A stretch of 64,000 nt of DNA. Origin: Escherichia coli. GTDB lineage: Bacteria; Pseudomonadota; Gammaproteobacteria; Enterobacterales; Enterobacteriaceae. The stretch lies in the NCBI RefSeq assembly GCF_003334355.1, contig NZ_QOWP01000012.1. One strand, written 5' to 3'. Under the pieces are notes generated by a model that saw nothing but the letters and a program-made list of their open reading frames with translations, did not search any database and was not told the DNA's origin. The translations under genes were made by a program, and so were the position numbers. Shown in pieces: positions 10,720-21,403 of this stretch (position 1 is the first letter of the stretch; every line of letters starts with the position of its first letter).

Positions 10720-11235
10720 ATGCGCTACAGCAAATTGACAATGCTTATCCCCTGCGCACTGCTCCTCAGTGCCTGCACCACAGTCACTCCAGCTTATAAA
10801 GATAACGGCACACGCAGTGGTCCTTGCGTTGAAGGAGGCCCGGATAACGTGGCCCAGCAATTTTATGACTACCGCATTTTGCACCGCAGCAACGACATCA
10901 CCGCCTTGCGCCCTTATCTGAGCGACAAACTGGCGACACTGCTTAGCGATGCCTCCCGGGATAATAACCATCGGGAACTACTGACCAACGATCCATTCTC
11001 CAGTCGAACCACCTTGCCAGACAGCGCCCACGTTGCCAGTGCATCGACTATCCCTAATCGTGATGCCCGTAACATTCCTTTGCGCGTGGATCTTAAACAG
11101 GGTGACCAGGGCTGGCAGGATGAAGTGTTAATGATTCAGGAAGGCCAGTGTTGGGTCATCGACGATGTGCGTTACTTAGGCGGTAGCGTTCATGCCACGG
11201 CGGGTACGCTCCGTCAGTCCATCGAGAATCGCTAA
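10720..11235 (+). CDS. ybjP: Putative lipoprotein YbjP
   Basis: 171 aa; signal peptide with lipobox LLSAC. Confidence 0.85.
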   Translation: MRYSKLTMLIPCALLLSACTTVTPAYKDNGTRSGPCVEGGPDNVAQQFYDYRILHRSNDITALRPYLSDKLATLLSDASRDNNHRELLTNDPFSSRTTLPDSAHVASASTIPNRDARNIPLRVDLKQGDQGWQDEVLMIQEGQCWVIDDVRYLGGSVHATAGTLRQSIENR

Positions 11236-11381
11236 CGCCTTGATCAACCAATAAACCCCGTAAATTGTCCGGCATTTCGTGAGGAATGCCGACATTTATG
11301 CTCGCCGACCACCGCCCCCGTTATTTTGTGCTATGTTTATTGAATAATGCGCTTTGCTTTTAACTTTTAAAGCAGAAATAT

Positions 11382-11395
11382 TGCATAATTATTCT
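11382..11395 (+). promoter_or_regulatory. ARG-box-like sequence TGCATAATTATTCT in the artP promoter region
   Basis: Resembles the TGAAT-N4-ATTCA core of ArgR boxes (8 of 10). artPIQM is known to be arginine-repressed. A second weaker TGAATAATGC lies at 11341-11350. Confidence 0.35.
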
Positions 11396-11452
11396 GTCAA
11401 AGGTACTATCTTCGACCTCAATAGCTATCAGACTGCCAGTATACGAGTGTCA

Positions 11453-12181
11453 ATGAGTATTCAATTAAACGGCATTAATTGCTTCTACGGCGCGCATCAG
11501 GCGCTGTTCGATATCACGCTGGATTGCCCACAGGGCGAAACGCTGGTGTTACTTGGCCCCAGCGGCGCGGGTAAAAGCTCGCTGCTGCGTGTACTCAATC
11601 TGCTTGAGATGCCGCGCTCCGGTACGCTCAACATTGCAGGCAACCATTTCGATTTCACCAAAACACCCTCTGACAAAGCGATTCGCGATTTGCGTCGTAA
11701 CGTTGGCATGGTGTTTCAGCAATACAACCTGTGGCCGCATCTGACCGTGCAGCAAAACCTGATTGAAGCGCCCTGCCGTGTACTGGGGTTGAGTAAAGAT
11801 CAGGCGCTGGCCCGTGCAGAAAAACTGCTGGAACGTCTGCGTCTCAAACCTTATAGCGATCGTTACCCGCTGCATCTTTCTGGTGGTCAGCAGCAGCGTG
11901 TTGCTATTGCCCGTGCGTTGATGATGGAACCGCAGGTACTGCTGTTCGATGAACCGACCGCCGCACTGGACCCGGAAATTACGGCACAAATCGTCAGCAT
12001 CATTCGTGAGCTGGCAGAAACGAATATTACCCAGGTGATCGTCACCCACGAAGTTGAAGTGGCGCGTAAAACCGCCAGCCGAGTGGTGTATATGGAAAAT
12101 GGTCATATCGTAGAACAAGGCGACGCGAGCTGCTTTACCGAGCCGCAAACCGAAGCATTTAAAAACTATCTCTCTCACTAA
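11453..12181 (+). CDS. artP: Arginine ABC transporter ATP-binding protein
   Basis: 242 aa from the ATG at 11453 ([13 protein letters not shown]); Walker [10 protein letters not shown] and signature LSGGQQQRV. Confidence 0.93.
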
Positions 12182-12198
12182 GATTCGGGATAACAACA

Positions 12199-12930
12199 AT
12201 GAAAAAAGTTCTGATTGCCGCGTTAATTGCAGGTTTTAGTCTTTCCGCCACAGCTGCCGAAACCATTCGTTTTGCTACCGAAGCCTCCTATCCTCCGTTT
12301 GAATCGATTGATGCAAACAACCAGATCGTTGGTTTTGACGTCGACCTGGCACAAGCGCTGTGTAAAGAGATTGATGCAACCTGCACTTTCTCTAACCAGG
12401 CGTTTGACAGCCTGATCCCAAGCCTGAAATTCCGTCGCGTAGAAGCCGTGATGGCGGGCATGGATATCACTCCGGAGCGTGAAAAGCAGGTGCTGTTTAC
12501 CACCCCGTACTATGACAACTCTGCCCTGTTTGTGGGTCAGCAAGGCAAATACACCAGTGTTGATCAGCTGAAAGGCAAAAAAGTCGGCGTACAGAACGGG
12601 ACGACACACCAGAAATTCATTATGGATAAGCACCCGGAAATCACTACCGTTCCGTATGACAGCTACCAGAACGCAAAACTGGATCTGCAAAACGGGCGTA
12701 TCGACGGCGTCTTCGGTGACACCGCAGTGGTCACTGAGTGGCTGAAAGATAACCCGAAACTGGCGGCGGTGGGCGACAAAGTGACCGATAAAGATTACTT
12801 CGGCACTGGCCTCGGCATCGCGGTACGTCAGGGCAACACTGAGCTGCAGCAGAAACTCAACACTGCGCTGGAAAAAGTGAAGAAAGATGGCACTTACGAA
12901 ACCATCTACAACAAATGGTTCCAGAAGTAA
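12199..12930 (+). CDS. artI: Arginine ABC transporter periplasmic binding protein
   Basis: 243 aa; signal peptide; clear paralogue of the downstream artJ product. Confidence 0.93.
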   Translation: MKKVLIAALIAGFSLSATAAETIRFATEASYPPFESIDANNQIVGFDVDLAQALCKEIDATCTFSNQAFDSLIPSLKFRRVEAVMAGMDITPEREKQVLFTTPYYDNSALFVGQQGKYTSVDQLKGKKVGVQNGTTHQKFIMDKHPEITTVPYDSYQNAKLDLQNGRIDGVFGDTAVVTEWLKDNPKLAAVGDKVTDKDYFGTGLGIAVRQGNTELQQKLNTALEKVKKDGTYETIYNKWFQK

Positions 12931-12936
12931 TTCCTG

Positions 12937-13653
12937 ATGAATGAATTTTTTCCTTTAGCAAGCGCCGCCGGGATGACCGTCGGCCTTGCCGTTTGTGCAT
13001 TGATTGTCGGGCTGGCGCTGGCGATGTTCTTTGCGGTATGGGAGTCGGCAAAATGGCGTCCTGTCGCGTGGGCAGGTTCAGCGCTGGTAACCATTCTGCG
13101 TGGCCTGCCAGAAATTCTGGTGGTGCTGTTTATCTATTTTGGCTCCTCGCAGCTGCTGCTGACGCTTTCGGATGGCTTCACTATCAATCTTGGGATTGTA
13201 GAGATCCCGGTGCAGATGCAGATTGAAAACTTCGACGTGAGTCCGTTCCTTTGCGGTGTCATCGCTCTGTCGCTGCTTTATGCCGCCTATGCCTCGCAAA
13301 CGCTGCGCGGCGCGTTGAAAGCGGTGCCGATGGGTCAGTGGGAATCCGGCCAGGCGCTGGGGCTGTCGAAATCGGCTATCTTTTTCCGTCTGGTGATGCC
13401 GCAGATGTGGCGTCATGCGCTGCCTGGCCTCGGTAACCAGTGGCTGGTGCTGCTCAAAGATACCGCGCTGGTCAGTTTGATTAGTGTGAATGATTTAATG
13501 CTACAAACCAAAAGCATTGCTACTCGTACCCAGGAACCATTTACCTGGTACATTGTGGCGGCGGCGATTTACCTGGTGATCACCCTGCTCAGTCAGTACA
13601 TTCTCAAACGCATTGACCTGCGCGCGACACGTTTTGAGCGGAGGCCCAGCTAA
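12937..13653 (+). CDS. artQ: Arginine ABC transporter permease
   Basis: 238 aa; polytopic; operon position. Confidence 0.92.
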   Translation: MNEFFPLASAAGMTVGLAVCALIVGLALAMFFAVWESAKWRPVAWAGSALVTILRGLPEILVVLFIYFGSSQLLLTLSDGFTINLGIVEIPVQMQIENFDVSPFLCGVIALSLLYAAYASQTLRGALKAVPMGQWESGQALGLSKSAIFFRLVMPQMWRHALPGLGNQWLVLLKDTALVSLISVNDLMLQTKSIATRTQEPFTWYIVAAAIYLVITLLSQYILKRIDLRATRFERRPS

Positions 13654-14321
13654 TGTTTGAGTATTTACCCGAACTGATGAAAGGGCTGCACACCAGCCTG
13701 ACGCTAACCGTTGCCTCGCTGATTGTGGCACTGATTCTGGCATTGATTTTTACCATCATCCTGACGCTGAAAACGCCGGTGCTGGTGTGGCTGGTGCGGG
13801 GTTATATCACGCTGTTTACCGGTACGCCGCTGCTGGTGCAGATCTTCCTGATTTATTACGGGCCGGGCCAGTTTCCGACGTTGCAGGAGTATCCGGCACT
13901 GTGGCATTTGCTGTCAGAACCGTGGTTATGTGCGCTGATTGCGTTGTCGCTGAATAGTGCGGCGTATACCACGCAGCTGTTTTACGGTGCAATTCGTGCG
14001 ATCCCGGAAGGTCAGTGGCAGTCCTGTAGCGCCCTGGGAATGAGCAAAAAAGATACGCTGGCGATCCTGCTGCCGTATGCCTTTAAACGCTCGCTCTCTT
14101 CTTATTCCAACGAAGTGGTGCTGGTATTCAAAAGTACCTCTCTGGCATACACCATTACGCTGATGGAAGTGATGGGATACAGCCAGTTGTTGTACGGACG
14201 CACCTACGATGTAATGGTGTTCGGTGCGGCAGGGATTATTTACCTGGTCGTTAACGGCCTGCTGACGCTGATGATGCGTCTGATCGAGCGCAAAGCGCTG
14301 GCATTCGAACGGCGAAATTAA
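13653..14321 (+). CDS. artM: Arginine ABC transporter permease
   Basis: 222 aa; start overlaps the artQ stop by 1 nt (TAATG). Confidence 0.92.
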   Translation: MFEYLPELMKGLHTSLTLTVASLIVALILALIFTIILTLKTPVLVWLVRGYITLFTGTPLLVQIFLIYYGPGQFPTLQEYPALWHLLSEPWLCALIALSLNSAAYTTQLFYGAIRAIPEGQWQSCSALGMSKKDTLAILLPYAFKRSLSSYSNEVVLVFKSTSLAYTITLMEVMGYSQLLYGRTYDVMVFGAAGIIYLVVNGLLTLMMRLIERKALAFERRN

Positions 14322-14344
14322 TGTGGCTGCGTACATTCGCCGGG

Positions 14345-14442
14345 GGGTTTTGTAGGTCTGATAAGACGCGCCAGCGTCGCATCAGACATCAGCACGGTGC
14401 CTGTGCCGGATGCGGCGGGGACGCCTTATCCGGCCTACATAG
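14345..14442. repeat. REP/BIME cluster (two inverted REP units) downstream of artM
   Basis: GTAGGTCTGATAAGACGCGCCAGCGTCGCATCAGAC and GCCGGATGCGGCGGGGACGCCTTATCCGGCCTAC match the enterobacterial REP consensus. Confidence 0.85.
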
Positions 14443-14463
14443 TGCATAAATTCTTATAATGAA

Positions 14464-14497
14464 GACGGACAACCCACTAAGTTGTCCGTCTTTTTTA
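14464..14497 (+). terminator. Intrinsic terminator (10-bp stem GACGGACAAC/GTTGTCCGTC then T6)
   Basis: Perfect stem followed by TTTTTTATTT; lies between the artM BIME and the artJ promoter. Confidence 0.7.
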
Positions 14498-14526
14498 TTT
14501 CATTTAAATTATTTAATCATGTTTAT

Positions 14527-14540
14527 TGCATATAAATTCA
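14527..14540 (+). promoter_or_regulatory. ARG box TGCATATAAATTCA upstream of artJ
   Basis: 9 of 10 match to the TGAAT-N4-ATTCA core, about 75 bp upstream of the artJ ATG; artJ is a known strongly ArgR-repressed gene. Confidence 0.45.
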
Positions 14541-14611
14541 CTTGATGGCATTGTTATCCCATGCCGCAGACACGGCCAAAAATCATAAGATTGACAGACG
14601 GGAGTTCCATC

Positions 14612-15343
14612 ATGAAAAAGTTAGTTCTTGCCGCTTTACTTGCTTCCTTTACTTTCGGTGCTTCTGCCGCAGAGAAAATCAATTTTGGCGTTTCAGCCAC
14701 CTATCCACCCTTTGAATCTATAGGTGCTAATAATGAGATTGTCGGCTTTGATATCGATCTGGCAAAAGCCTTGTGCAAACAAATGCAGGCAGAATGTACT
14801 TTTACTAATCACGCGTTCGACAGCCTGATCCCGTCCCTGAAATTCAGAAAATATGACGCCGTAATCTCCGGTATGGATATCACCCCGGAGCGTAGCAAAC
14901 AGGTATCGTTTACCACGCCCTACTATGAAAACTCAGCCGTCGTGATTGCCAAAAAAGATACCTACAAAACGTTTGCCGATCTGAAAGGCAAACGTATTGG
15001 GATGGAAAACGGTACTACGCACCAGAAATATATTCAGGATCAGCACCCGGAAGTGAAAACTGTCTCTTATGACAGTTATCAGAATGCCTTTATCGATCTG
15101 AAAAATGGTCGTATTGATGGGGTATTTGGTGACACAGCGGTGGTAAACGAATGGCTGAAAACCAATCCACAACTTGGTGTTGCTACTGAGAAAGTGACCG
15201 ATCCGCAATATTTTGGCACCGGCCTGGGCATCGCTGTACGTCCGGATAACAAAGCCCTGCTGGAAAAACTGAATAACGCGCTGGCAGCAATTAAAGCTGA
15301 CGGTACTTATCAAAAAATCAGTGACCAGTGGTTCCCACAGTAA
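14612..15343 (+). CDS. artJ: Arginine-binding periplasmic protein ArtJ
   Basis: 243 aa from the ATG at 14612 (MKKLVLAALLASFTFGASA signal peptide). Confidence 0.93.
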   Translation: MKKLVLAALLASFTFGASAAEKINFGVSATYPPFESIGANNEIVGFDIDLAKALCKQMQAECTFTNHAFDSLIPSLKFRKYDAVISGMDITPERSKQVSFTTPYYENSAVVIAKKDTYKTFADLKGKRIGMENGTTHQKYIQDQHPEVKTVSYDSYQNAFIDLKNGRIDGVFGDTAVVNEWLKTNPQLGVATEKVTDPQYFGTGLGIAVRPDNKALLEKLNNALAAIKADGTYQKISDQWFPQ

Positions 15344-15391
15344 GATTCAGAAAGCCGCAACCGCGGCTTGAGACTGATGACAAAGGTAAAA

Positions 15392-15492
<101 letters not shown>

Positions 15493-15521
15493 TAAACAAC
15501 GCGCACTTTGTCAGCAATCTG

Positions 15522-15546
15522 AAGCCGCACATGCGGCTTTTTTATT
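15522..15546 (+). terminator. Intrinsic terminator for artJ (AAGCCGCA-ca-TGCGGCTT then T-run), overlapping the rlmC stop
   Basis: GC-rich hairpin followed by TTTTTTATT. Confidence 0.6.
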
Positions 15547-16669
15547 GCTTCACCAGCAGCGTCAGCACTTCATAGTGCGCGGTATGCGGGAACATATCGA
15601 AAAGCTGCACCCGTTCAATACGAAACCCAGGCAGTTCGCGGATATCTTTCGCCATAGTTTGGGCGTTACAGCTGGAGTAGATGATAAAACGCGGTGCCAT
15701 CGTTGAGAGATAATCACACAGCGGTTTACCAATGCCGCGGCGCGGCGGGTTAACCAGCACCAGCTCCGGCACATCCCCCTGAGCGGTGGCAAACTGAGTG
15801 GAGTCCAGCGCCTGAAATTGCAAACGCGTTAAGCCCAGTTCAGCGGCTGACTGCTTTGCACAGGCAATGGCCTCTGATGCAATTTCGATCCCGGTTAACT
15901 GCATGTCAGGCGTCGCGCAGTGTAAACCAAAGCCCCCCACACCGCAGAACAGATCCCACATATGTTTAACCGGCAGCTGTCGTACCCAGTCGCGCGCGGT
16001 GGCGTACAACTGGCTGGCGACCGCCGGATTAGTCTGGAAGAAACTTTGCGGACGGATCCACAGCGGTACGTCATTAAAACGCTCCGCCAGTGCCTGTTGT
16101 TCGGTCAGGTAGATCTCCGTCTCCCCTTCCATAATCGCCATATGTACCGGCTGAATATTGACGGTAATAACTTTCAGCTGCGGTAGTTGTTCGTGTAACC
16201 ACGGCAGCGCCTTACGCAGTTGCGCCAGCTTGGTATCAGAACGCAGTACAAAGCGCAGCATCATGCCGCCATCACTCTGGCTTTCAGTCAGCAGAATGTA
16301 TTTCAGTTCGCCACGCTTACGCGCCACGTTATAAGGCGTTAGCCCCGCTCGGGCGATAAACGGTTTTAGCGCCGCAAAAACGGGCGCAAATGAGGCAGGA
16401 TAAAGCGGGCAGTCACAAAGGTCTTCCGGTGTGCCGTCGCGATGCAGCATACCGAGCAGTGGTTTTTCAACGCTACCACTCACCACCATTTTGGCTTTAT
16501 TACGAAACCCTTGTTCCGGGCCTGACACCGGCGCGCACCATTCCACGACCGGAAAATCGGCGAGCAGATTTTTAAGATCGGCGGTTTTAGCGGAGAGTTG
16601 CTCTGGAATCGGCTGCGTTATCCACTGACAGGAACGACAGCGACCCGCGTCGTAAAGTGCGCACTGCAT
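15542..16669 (-). CDS. rlmC: 23S rRNA (uracil747-C5)-methyltransferase RlmC (RumB)
   Basis: 375 aa; N-terminal Cys cluster [14 protein letters not shown]; SAM methyltransferase fold. Confidence 0.92.
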   Translation of the reverse strand: MQCALYDAGRCRSCQWITQPIPEQLSAKTADLKNLLADFPVVEWCAPVSGPEQGFRNKAKMVVSGSVEKPLLGMLHRDGTPEDLCDCPLYPASFAPVFAALKPFIARAGLTPYNVARKRGELKYILLTESQSDGGMMLRFVLRSDTKLAQLRKALPWLHEQLPQLKVITVNIQPVHMAIMEGETEIYLTEQQALAERFNDVPLWIRPQSFFQTNPAVASQLYATARDWVRQLPVKHMWDLFCGVGGFGLHCATPDMQLTGIEIASEAIACAKQSAAELGLTRLQFQALDSTQFATAQGDVPELVLVNPPRRGIGKPLCDYLSTMAPRFIIYSSCNAQTMAKDIRELPGFRIERVQLFDMFPHTAHYEVLTLLVKQ

Positions 16670-16709
16670 ACATTGACCTTCACATCATCAGGGCCGACGA
16701 TTATACACA

Positions 16710-17198
16710 TTATTGCAACTGGAAGAACCGCCGACTGGTCGAGGGAACGAACAGCAGCATCAGGATGAGCATATCCGGCAGCTTCTGCAGCATCAGGCTA
16801 TGGAAGATTTCACGTTTTGATTCACCGGGAATGCTGAACAGCTCCGGATAACCATACCCCAGCGAAGCCGCCCACAAGTAACTTGCGGCGGTGATTTGTG
16901 TCAGCAGATATAGCCAGCGCGCCCAGCGACGCCCTTTCACCAGTGAAAACGCACACCAGATCTCGATAAAAACCAGCACCAGACTGCTTAAAAAGACCAG
17001 CGTTAAGCTCCAGGTTTGTACGCTGCGATGAATGAACTCGCCAATACCGCGCACGCCCAGCGTATTGAAAATCATCAGCACGTCGAGGCCACGGATCATA
17101 ATAATGGCGAGCGCCGCTACCTGCACCAGCGCAGGCACATTCAGGCGAGCATGAGATGAAGATGTTTTCTTAAAAAATCCCAACGTTTCGTCTTCCAT
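16710..17198 (-). CDS. ybjO: Uncharacterised inner membrane protein YbjO
   Basis: 162 aa; several hydrophobic segments. Confidence 0.85.
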   Translation of the reverse strand: MEDETLGFFKKTSSSHARLNVPALVQVAALAIIMIRGLDVLMIFNTLGVRGIGEFIHRSVQTWSLTLVFLSSLVLVFIEIWCAFSLVKGRRWARWLYLLTQITAASYLWAASLGYGYPELFSIPGESKREIFHSLMLQKLPDMLILMLLFVPSTSRRFFQLQ

Positions 17199-17257
17199 GA
17201 AAACAATGCCGCGGCATGCGCGGCATTATGTAGCCAGGTTGGCAAATTTTAGTGTCT

Positions 17258-18103
17258 TCAGCCACGTCTTGCACGCTGGATATCGCGTATCCGCTGTTTT
17301 TCTGCGCGAGCCATCAGATACCAGGCGATAAATCCGACAATTCCGACCGCACCGAGAATTAACGTTGCAAGGGCGTTGATTTCCGGATTCACCCCCATCC
17401 GCACGCTGGAAAAGACCAGCATCGGTAACGTGGTGGCTCCCGGCCCAGAAACAAAGCTGGCGATCACCAGATCATCAAGCGACAAAGTAAAAGCCAGTAA
17501 CCAGCCAGAAATGATCGCGGGCATGATCATCGGTAGCGTAATGACGAAAAATACTTTCAGCGGCGTCGCACCGAGATCCATCGCTGCTTCTTCTATCGAG
17601 CGATCCAGTTCCCGCAATCTTGAAGAAATAACGACCGCCACATAAGCCGTACAAAAAGTGACATGCGCCAGCCAGATGGTGAGCATACCGCGGTCCGCAG
17701 GCCAGCCAATGGCATGAGCAAGCGCGACGAATAATAACAACAGCGACAAGCCCGTGATGACATCTGGCATCACCAGCGGCGCGGTGATCATAAAGGCAAA
17801 ACCATTTGATCCGCGAAACCTGCCAAAACGCACCAGCACCACCGCTGCAATAGTCCCGAGGATCGCCGCCGCCGTTGCCGCACAGGCAGCAATTGTCAGG
17901 CTTAAACCAACCGCACTCATCATCGCGTCATCGCGCAATAACTCACCATACCAGCGCGTTGACCAGCCGGCCCACACCGTCACCAGCTTCGAGCTGTTAA
18001 ACGAATAGATAACCAGCATCAGCATTGGCGCGTAGAGAAAGGTAAAGCCCAGCAGCAAAATCACAATCCGCCAGGGCGAACGAACTACCGGTAAATTATT
18101 CAT
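17258..18103 (-). CDS. potI: Putrescine ABC transporter permease
   Basis: 281 aa from the ATG whose complement is at 18101-18103; start overlaps the potH stop. Confidence 0.92.
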   Translation of the reverse strand: MNNLPVVRSPWRIVILLLGFTFLYAPMLMLVIYSFNSSKLVTVWAGWSTRWYGELLRDDAMMSAVGLSLTIAACAATAAAILGTIAAVVLVRFGRFRGSNGFAFMITAPLVMPDVITGLSLLLLFVALAHAIGWPADRGMLTIWLAHVTFCTAYVAVVISSRLRELDRSIEEAAMDLGATPLKVFFVITLPMIMPAIISGWLLAFTLSLDDLVIASFVSGPGATTLPMLVFSSVRMGVNPEINALATLILGAVGIVGFIAWYLMARAEKQRIRDIQRARRG

Positions 18104-19053
18104 CCGTGTTCTCCCACGCTTTTTTGCTGGTGTTTGTGGAACCACATTATCGGCACAATTAGCAGCAGCAACATGATGATCGCTACCGCCGAGGCCACCG
18201 GCCAGTCGCGGTTATTGAAAAACTCTTGCCATAGCACGCGCCCGATCATGATGCTGTCCGGGCCACCGAGCAGTTCCGGGATCACAAACTCGCCCACAGC
18301 CGGGATAAACACCAGCATCGATCCGGCAATAATCCCACCTTTAGTCAGCGGCACGATCACAGTAAAGAACGTTTTCAGCGGTCGTGCACCGAGATCCAGC
18401 GCTGCTTCCACCAGCGAATAATCAATACGAATCAACGCGGTATAAATCGGCAGTACCATAAACGGCACGTAAGCGTAAACAATGCCGATATAAACGGCCA
18501 GATTGGTATGCAGAATGGTCAGCGGTTGATCGATAACCCCCAGCCACAGCAGAAAATTATTCAGCACACCGTTGTTTTTTAATATTCCCATCCAGGCGTA
18601 GACACGAATCAGAAACGAGGTCCACGACGGCAGGATCACCAGTAGTAATAAGATATTACGGGTCGAAGGCTTACTGTGCGCCACTGCCCACGCCAGCGGA
18701 TAGCCGATCAGTAAACAGCAAAATGTCGAAATCGCAGCCACCTGTAGCGACTGGAGATAAGCATCGAAATAGAGCGGATCGTCGGTCAGTTGCAGGAAAT
18801 TACCGAGATTAAGAGTGATGGACAGTTGCCCGTCAGCCCACTCCATCAGTTCGGTATAAGGCGGAATGGCGCGCGCCATCTCCGCCAGACTTATTTTAAA
18901 GACGATCAGAAATGGCAGCAGAAACAGCAAGATCAACCAGATATATGGCAACGCAATGACCAGTTTGCGCCCATGCTTCATTTGCAGCTGCGACAACCAC
19001 AGCTTAAATCCGCCCGGCGGTTTCGACTGGGCAGCAGGTTCAAGTGTATTCAT
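18100..19053 (-). CDS. potH: Putrescine ABC transporter permease
   Basis: 317 aa; polytopic permease. Confidence 0.92.
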   Translation of the reverse strand: MNTLEPAAQSKPPGGFKLWLSQLQMKHGRKLVIALPYIWLILLFLLPFLIVFKISLAEMARAIPPYTELMEWADGQLSITLNLGNFLQLTDDPLYFDAYLQSLQVAAISTFCCLLIGYPLAWAVAHSKPSTRNILLLLVILPSWTSFLIRVYAWMGILKNNGVLNNFLLWLGVIDQPLTILHTNLAVYIGIVYAYVPFMVLPIYTALIRIDYSLVEAALDLGARPLKTFFTVIVPLTKGGIIAGSMLVFIPAVGEFVIPELLGGPDSIMIGRVLWQEFFNNRDWPVASAVAIIMLLLLIVPIMWFHKHQQKSVGEHG

Positions 19054-19062
19054 CTTTGCTCC

Positions 19063-20196
19063 TTAAACCGTCAGCACCACACAGCTGTCCACTTCCCAGC
19101 ACAAACGCACTTCGTCGCCCCAGGTCGGTAACCCTTTACGATGACGATGGGCGTTTTGTAGCTGGGCGCTAATCATCTGCCCACTTTTCAGACGAACGTG
19201 ATACACCGAAAGATCGCCGAGATAGGCAATATGTATCACCTCCCCCACCGCGAAGTTACAACCATTGGCGGGCGGCTCTTCGCAAAGCATGATTTTTTCC
19301 GGGCGCAGAGCCACATGTACCGGCACGTTATCGACCACCGAGGCATCCGCGTCGACTTTCAGTGGATGCACCAGCCCCGGCGAATCAAGCACCAGGCCAT
19401 CTTCCTGACGCTCTTTGAGTACGCCTTCAAAGACGTTTACCGAGCCAATAAATTCGGCGCTATAGCGGGTAGTCGGATGCTCGTAGATCTCTTCCGGTTC
19501 GCCAATCTGGACAAATTTCCCACGATTCATAATGGCGATGCGCCCCGCCATGGTCATCGCCTCTTCCTGATCGTGAGTAACCATCACGCAGGTCACACCG
19601 ACGCGCTCCAGAATATCCACCACTTCAAGCTGCATCCGGTCACGCAATTTTTTATCCAGCGCGCCCATCGGTTCGTCGAGCAGCAGAAGTTTTGGGCGCT
19701 TGGCAAGGCTTCGGGCCAGCGCCACACGCTGTCTCTGACCGCCGGAAAGCTGATGCGGTTTGCGTTTGGCGAACTCCTGCATGTGCACCAGGCCGAGCAT
19801 CTCATTGACCCGACTGGCAATTTCCGCTTTCGGTAGTTTGTCCTGTTTCAGGCCAAAAGCGATGTTCTGTTCCACGGTCATATGCGGAAACAGCGCGTAA
19901 GACTGAAACATCATATTGATGGGGCGCAGGTAAGGCGGAACCTGTGACAAATCGACGCCATCAAGCATTATCTGTCCGGCAGAAGGTTGTTCGAAACCTG
20001 CCAGCATACGCAGCAGCGTGGACTTGCCACAGCCGGATGCGCCCAGCAGCGCGAAGATTTCACCTTTGTAGATAGTCAGGCTGACATCATCCACCGCATG
20101 TTGACCATCGTAGGATTTGGTGAGGTTGCGGATTTCTAATAGCGGCGTCAACGCCTTACGGGTTTTCGCCTGCGGGCGAGGGATAGCGTCATTCAC
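19063..20196 (-). CDS. potG: Putrescine ABC transporter ATP-binding protein
   Basis: 377 aa from a GTG start (complement of CAC at 20194-20196; longest ORF runs to 20277); Walker A GASGCGKST and signature LSGGQRQRV. Confidence 0.9.
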   Translation of the reverse strand: MNDAIPRPQAKTRKALTPLLEIRNLTKSYDGQHAVDDVSLTIYKGEIFALLGASGCGKSTLLRMLAGFEQPSAGQIMLDGVDLSQVPPYLRPINMMFQSYALFPHMTVEQNIAFGLKQDKLPKAEIASRVNEMLGLVHMQEFAKRKPHQLSGGQRQRVALARSLAKRPKLLLLDEPMGALDKKLRDRMQLEVVDILERVGVTCVMVTHDQEEAMTMAGRIAIMNRGKFVQIGEPEEIYEHPTTRYSAEFIGSVNVFEGVLKERQEDGLVLDSPGLVHPLKVDADASVVDNVPVHVALRPEKIMLCEEPPANGCNFAVGEVIHIAYLGDLSVYHVRLKSGQMISAQLQNAHRHRKGLPTWGDEVRLCWEVDSCVVLTV

Positions 20197-20290
20197 GGCT
20201 GCTCTCCGGCATTGAATGTGTGCAAGCGCACCATGATGGTGCGAATTGCCGGCGTGTGTGGTGCACCCGTCCGGCATCTACGACTGCGGA

Positions 20291-21403
20291 TTATTTTCCG
20301 CTCTTCACTTTGGTCCACGCGCGGGTGCGCACACGGTCGATTTTCGGGTCCTGCACTTTCAGAGTGAACAGCTTCGCACGGACATCCGCAGGCGGATAAA
20401 TACCCGGGTTATCACGAACTTCCGCACTCACCAGCGGCGTGGCTGCTTTATTGGCGTTAGCATAGAACACATGGTCAGAGATATGTGCCACCACATCCGG
20501 ACGCAGCAGGTAATTCAGGAACTGATAGGCTTCGTCTTTATTTTTGGCATCGGCAGGCATGGCGAATACATCAAAGAACGCCATCGCCCCTTCTTTTGGA
20601 ATCGAGAACGAGACATTCACGCCATTCTTCGCTTCCTTCGCGCGGTTTGACGCCTGCCAGACATCACCTGCCCAACCAATCGCCACGCAGATGTCACCAT
20701 TCGCCAGGTCATTAATATATTGAGATGAATGGAAATAACGAATGTTCGGGCGCAGCTTTAACAGCAGATCGGTAGCAGGTCCGGTGTAATCATCCGCTTT
20801 AGTGCTGTTGGGATCTTTGCCGAGATAATTCAGCACGGTAGCAAAAACTTCTTCTGGCGCATCGAGGAAAGAGACACCGCAGCTTTTCAGTTTTTCCAGA
20901 TTTTCAGGCTTGAGGATCAAGTCCCAGCTATCGACGGGCGCGTTTTCGCCCAGCACCGCTTTGACTTTATCGACGTTATAGCCAATCCCGGTCGTCGCCC
21001 ACATATAGGGCATAGCAAATTTATTGTCGGGATCGTGTTTGGCGACCAACTTCAGCAGTTCCGGGTCGAGATTCTTCCACTCCGGCAATTTGCTTTTATC
21101 CAGCGGCTGGAAAACTCCCGCTGTCAGCTGGCGTTCAAGAAAGCTTGCTGACGGCACCACCAGGTCAAAGCCGGTGCTCCCGGCCATTAATTTGCCTTCC
21201 AGTACTTCGTTAGAGTCGAAAACATCGTAGACGACTTTAATACCGGTTTCTTTTTCAAAGTTAGCCACCGTGTCGGGGGCGATATAATCAGACCAGTTAT
21301 AAATGTGGAGTGTTTTTTGTTCAGCCGCGAGCGTGCCGACAGAGACGGCCATCAGAGCACCCGCAACCAGACCCGAAAGCCATTTTTTATTTAAGGCGGT
21401 CAT
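20291..21403 (-). CDS. potF: Putrescine-binding periplasmic protein
   Basis: 370 aa from the ATG (MTALNKKWLSGLVAGALMA signal peptide); longest ORF runs to 21553. Confidence 0.92.
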   Translation of the reverse strand: MTALNKKWLSGLVAGALMAVSVGTLAAEQKTLHIYNWSDYIAPDTVANFEKETGIKVVYDVFDSNEVLEGKLMAGSTGFDLVVPSASFLERQLTAGVFQPLDKSKLPEWKNLDPELLKLVAKHDPDNKFAMPYMWATTGIGYNVDKVKAVLGENAPVDSWDLILKPENLEKLKSCGVSFLDAPEEVFATVLNYLGKDPNSTKADDYTGPATDLLLKLRPNIRYFHSSQYINDLANGDICVAIGWAGDVWQASNRAKEAKNGVNVSFSIPKEGAMAFFDVFAMPADAKNKDEAYQFLNYLLRPDVVAHISDHVFYANANKAATPLVSAEVRDNPGIYPPADVRAKLFTLKVQDPKIDRVRTRAWTKVKSGK

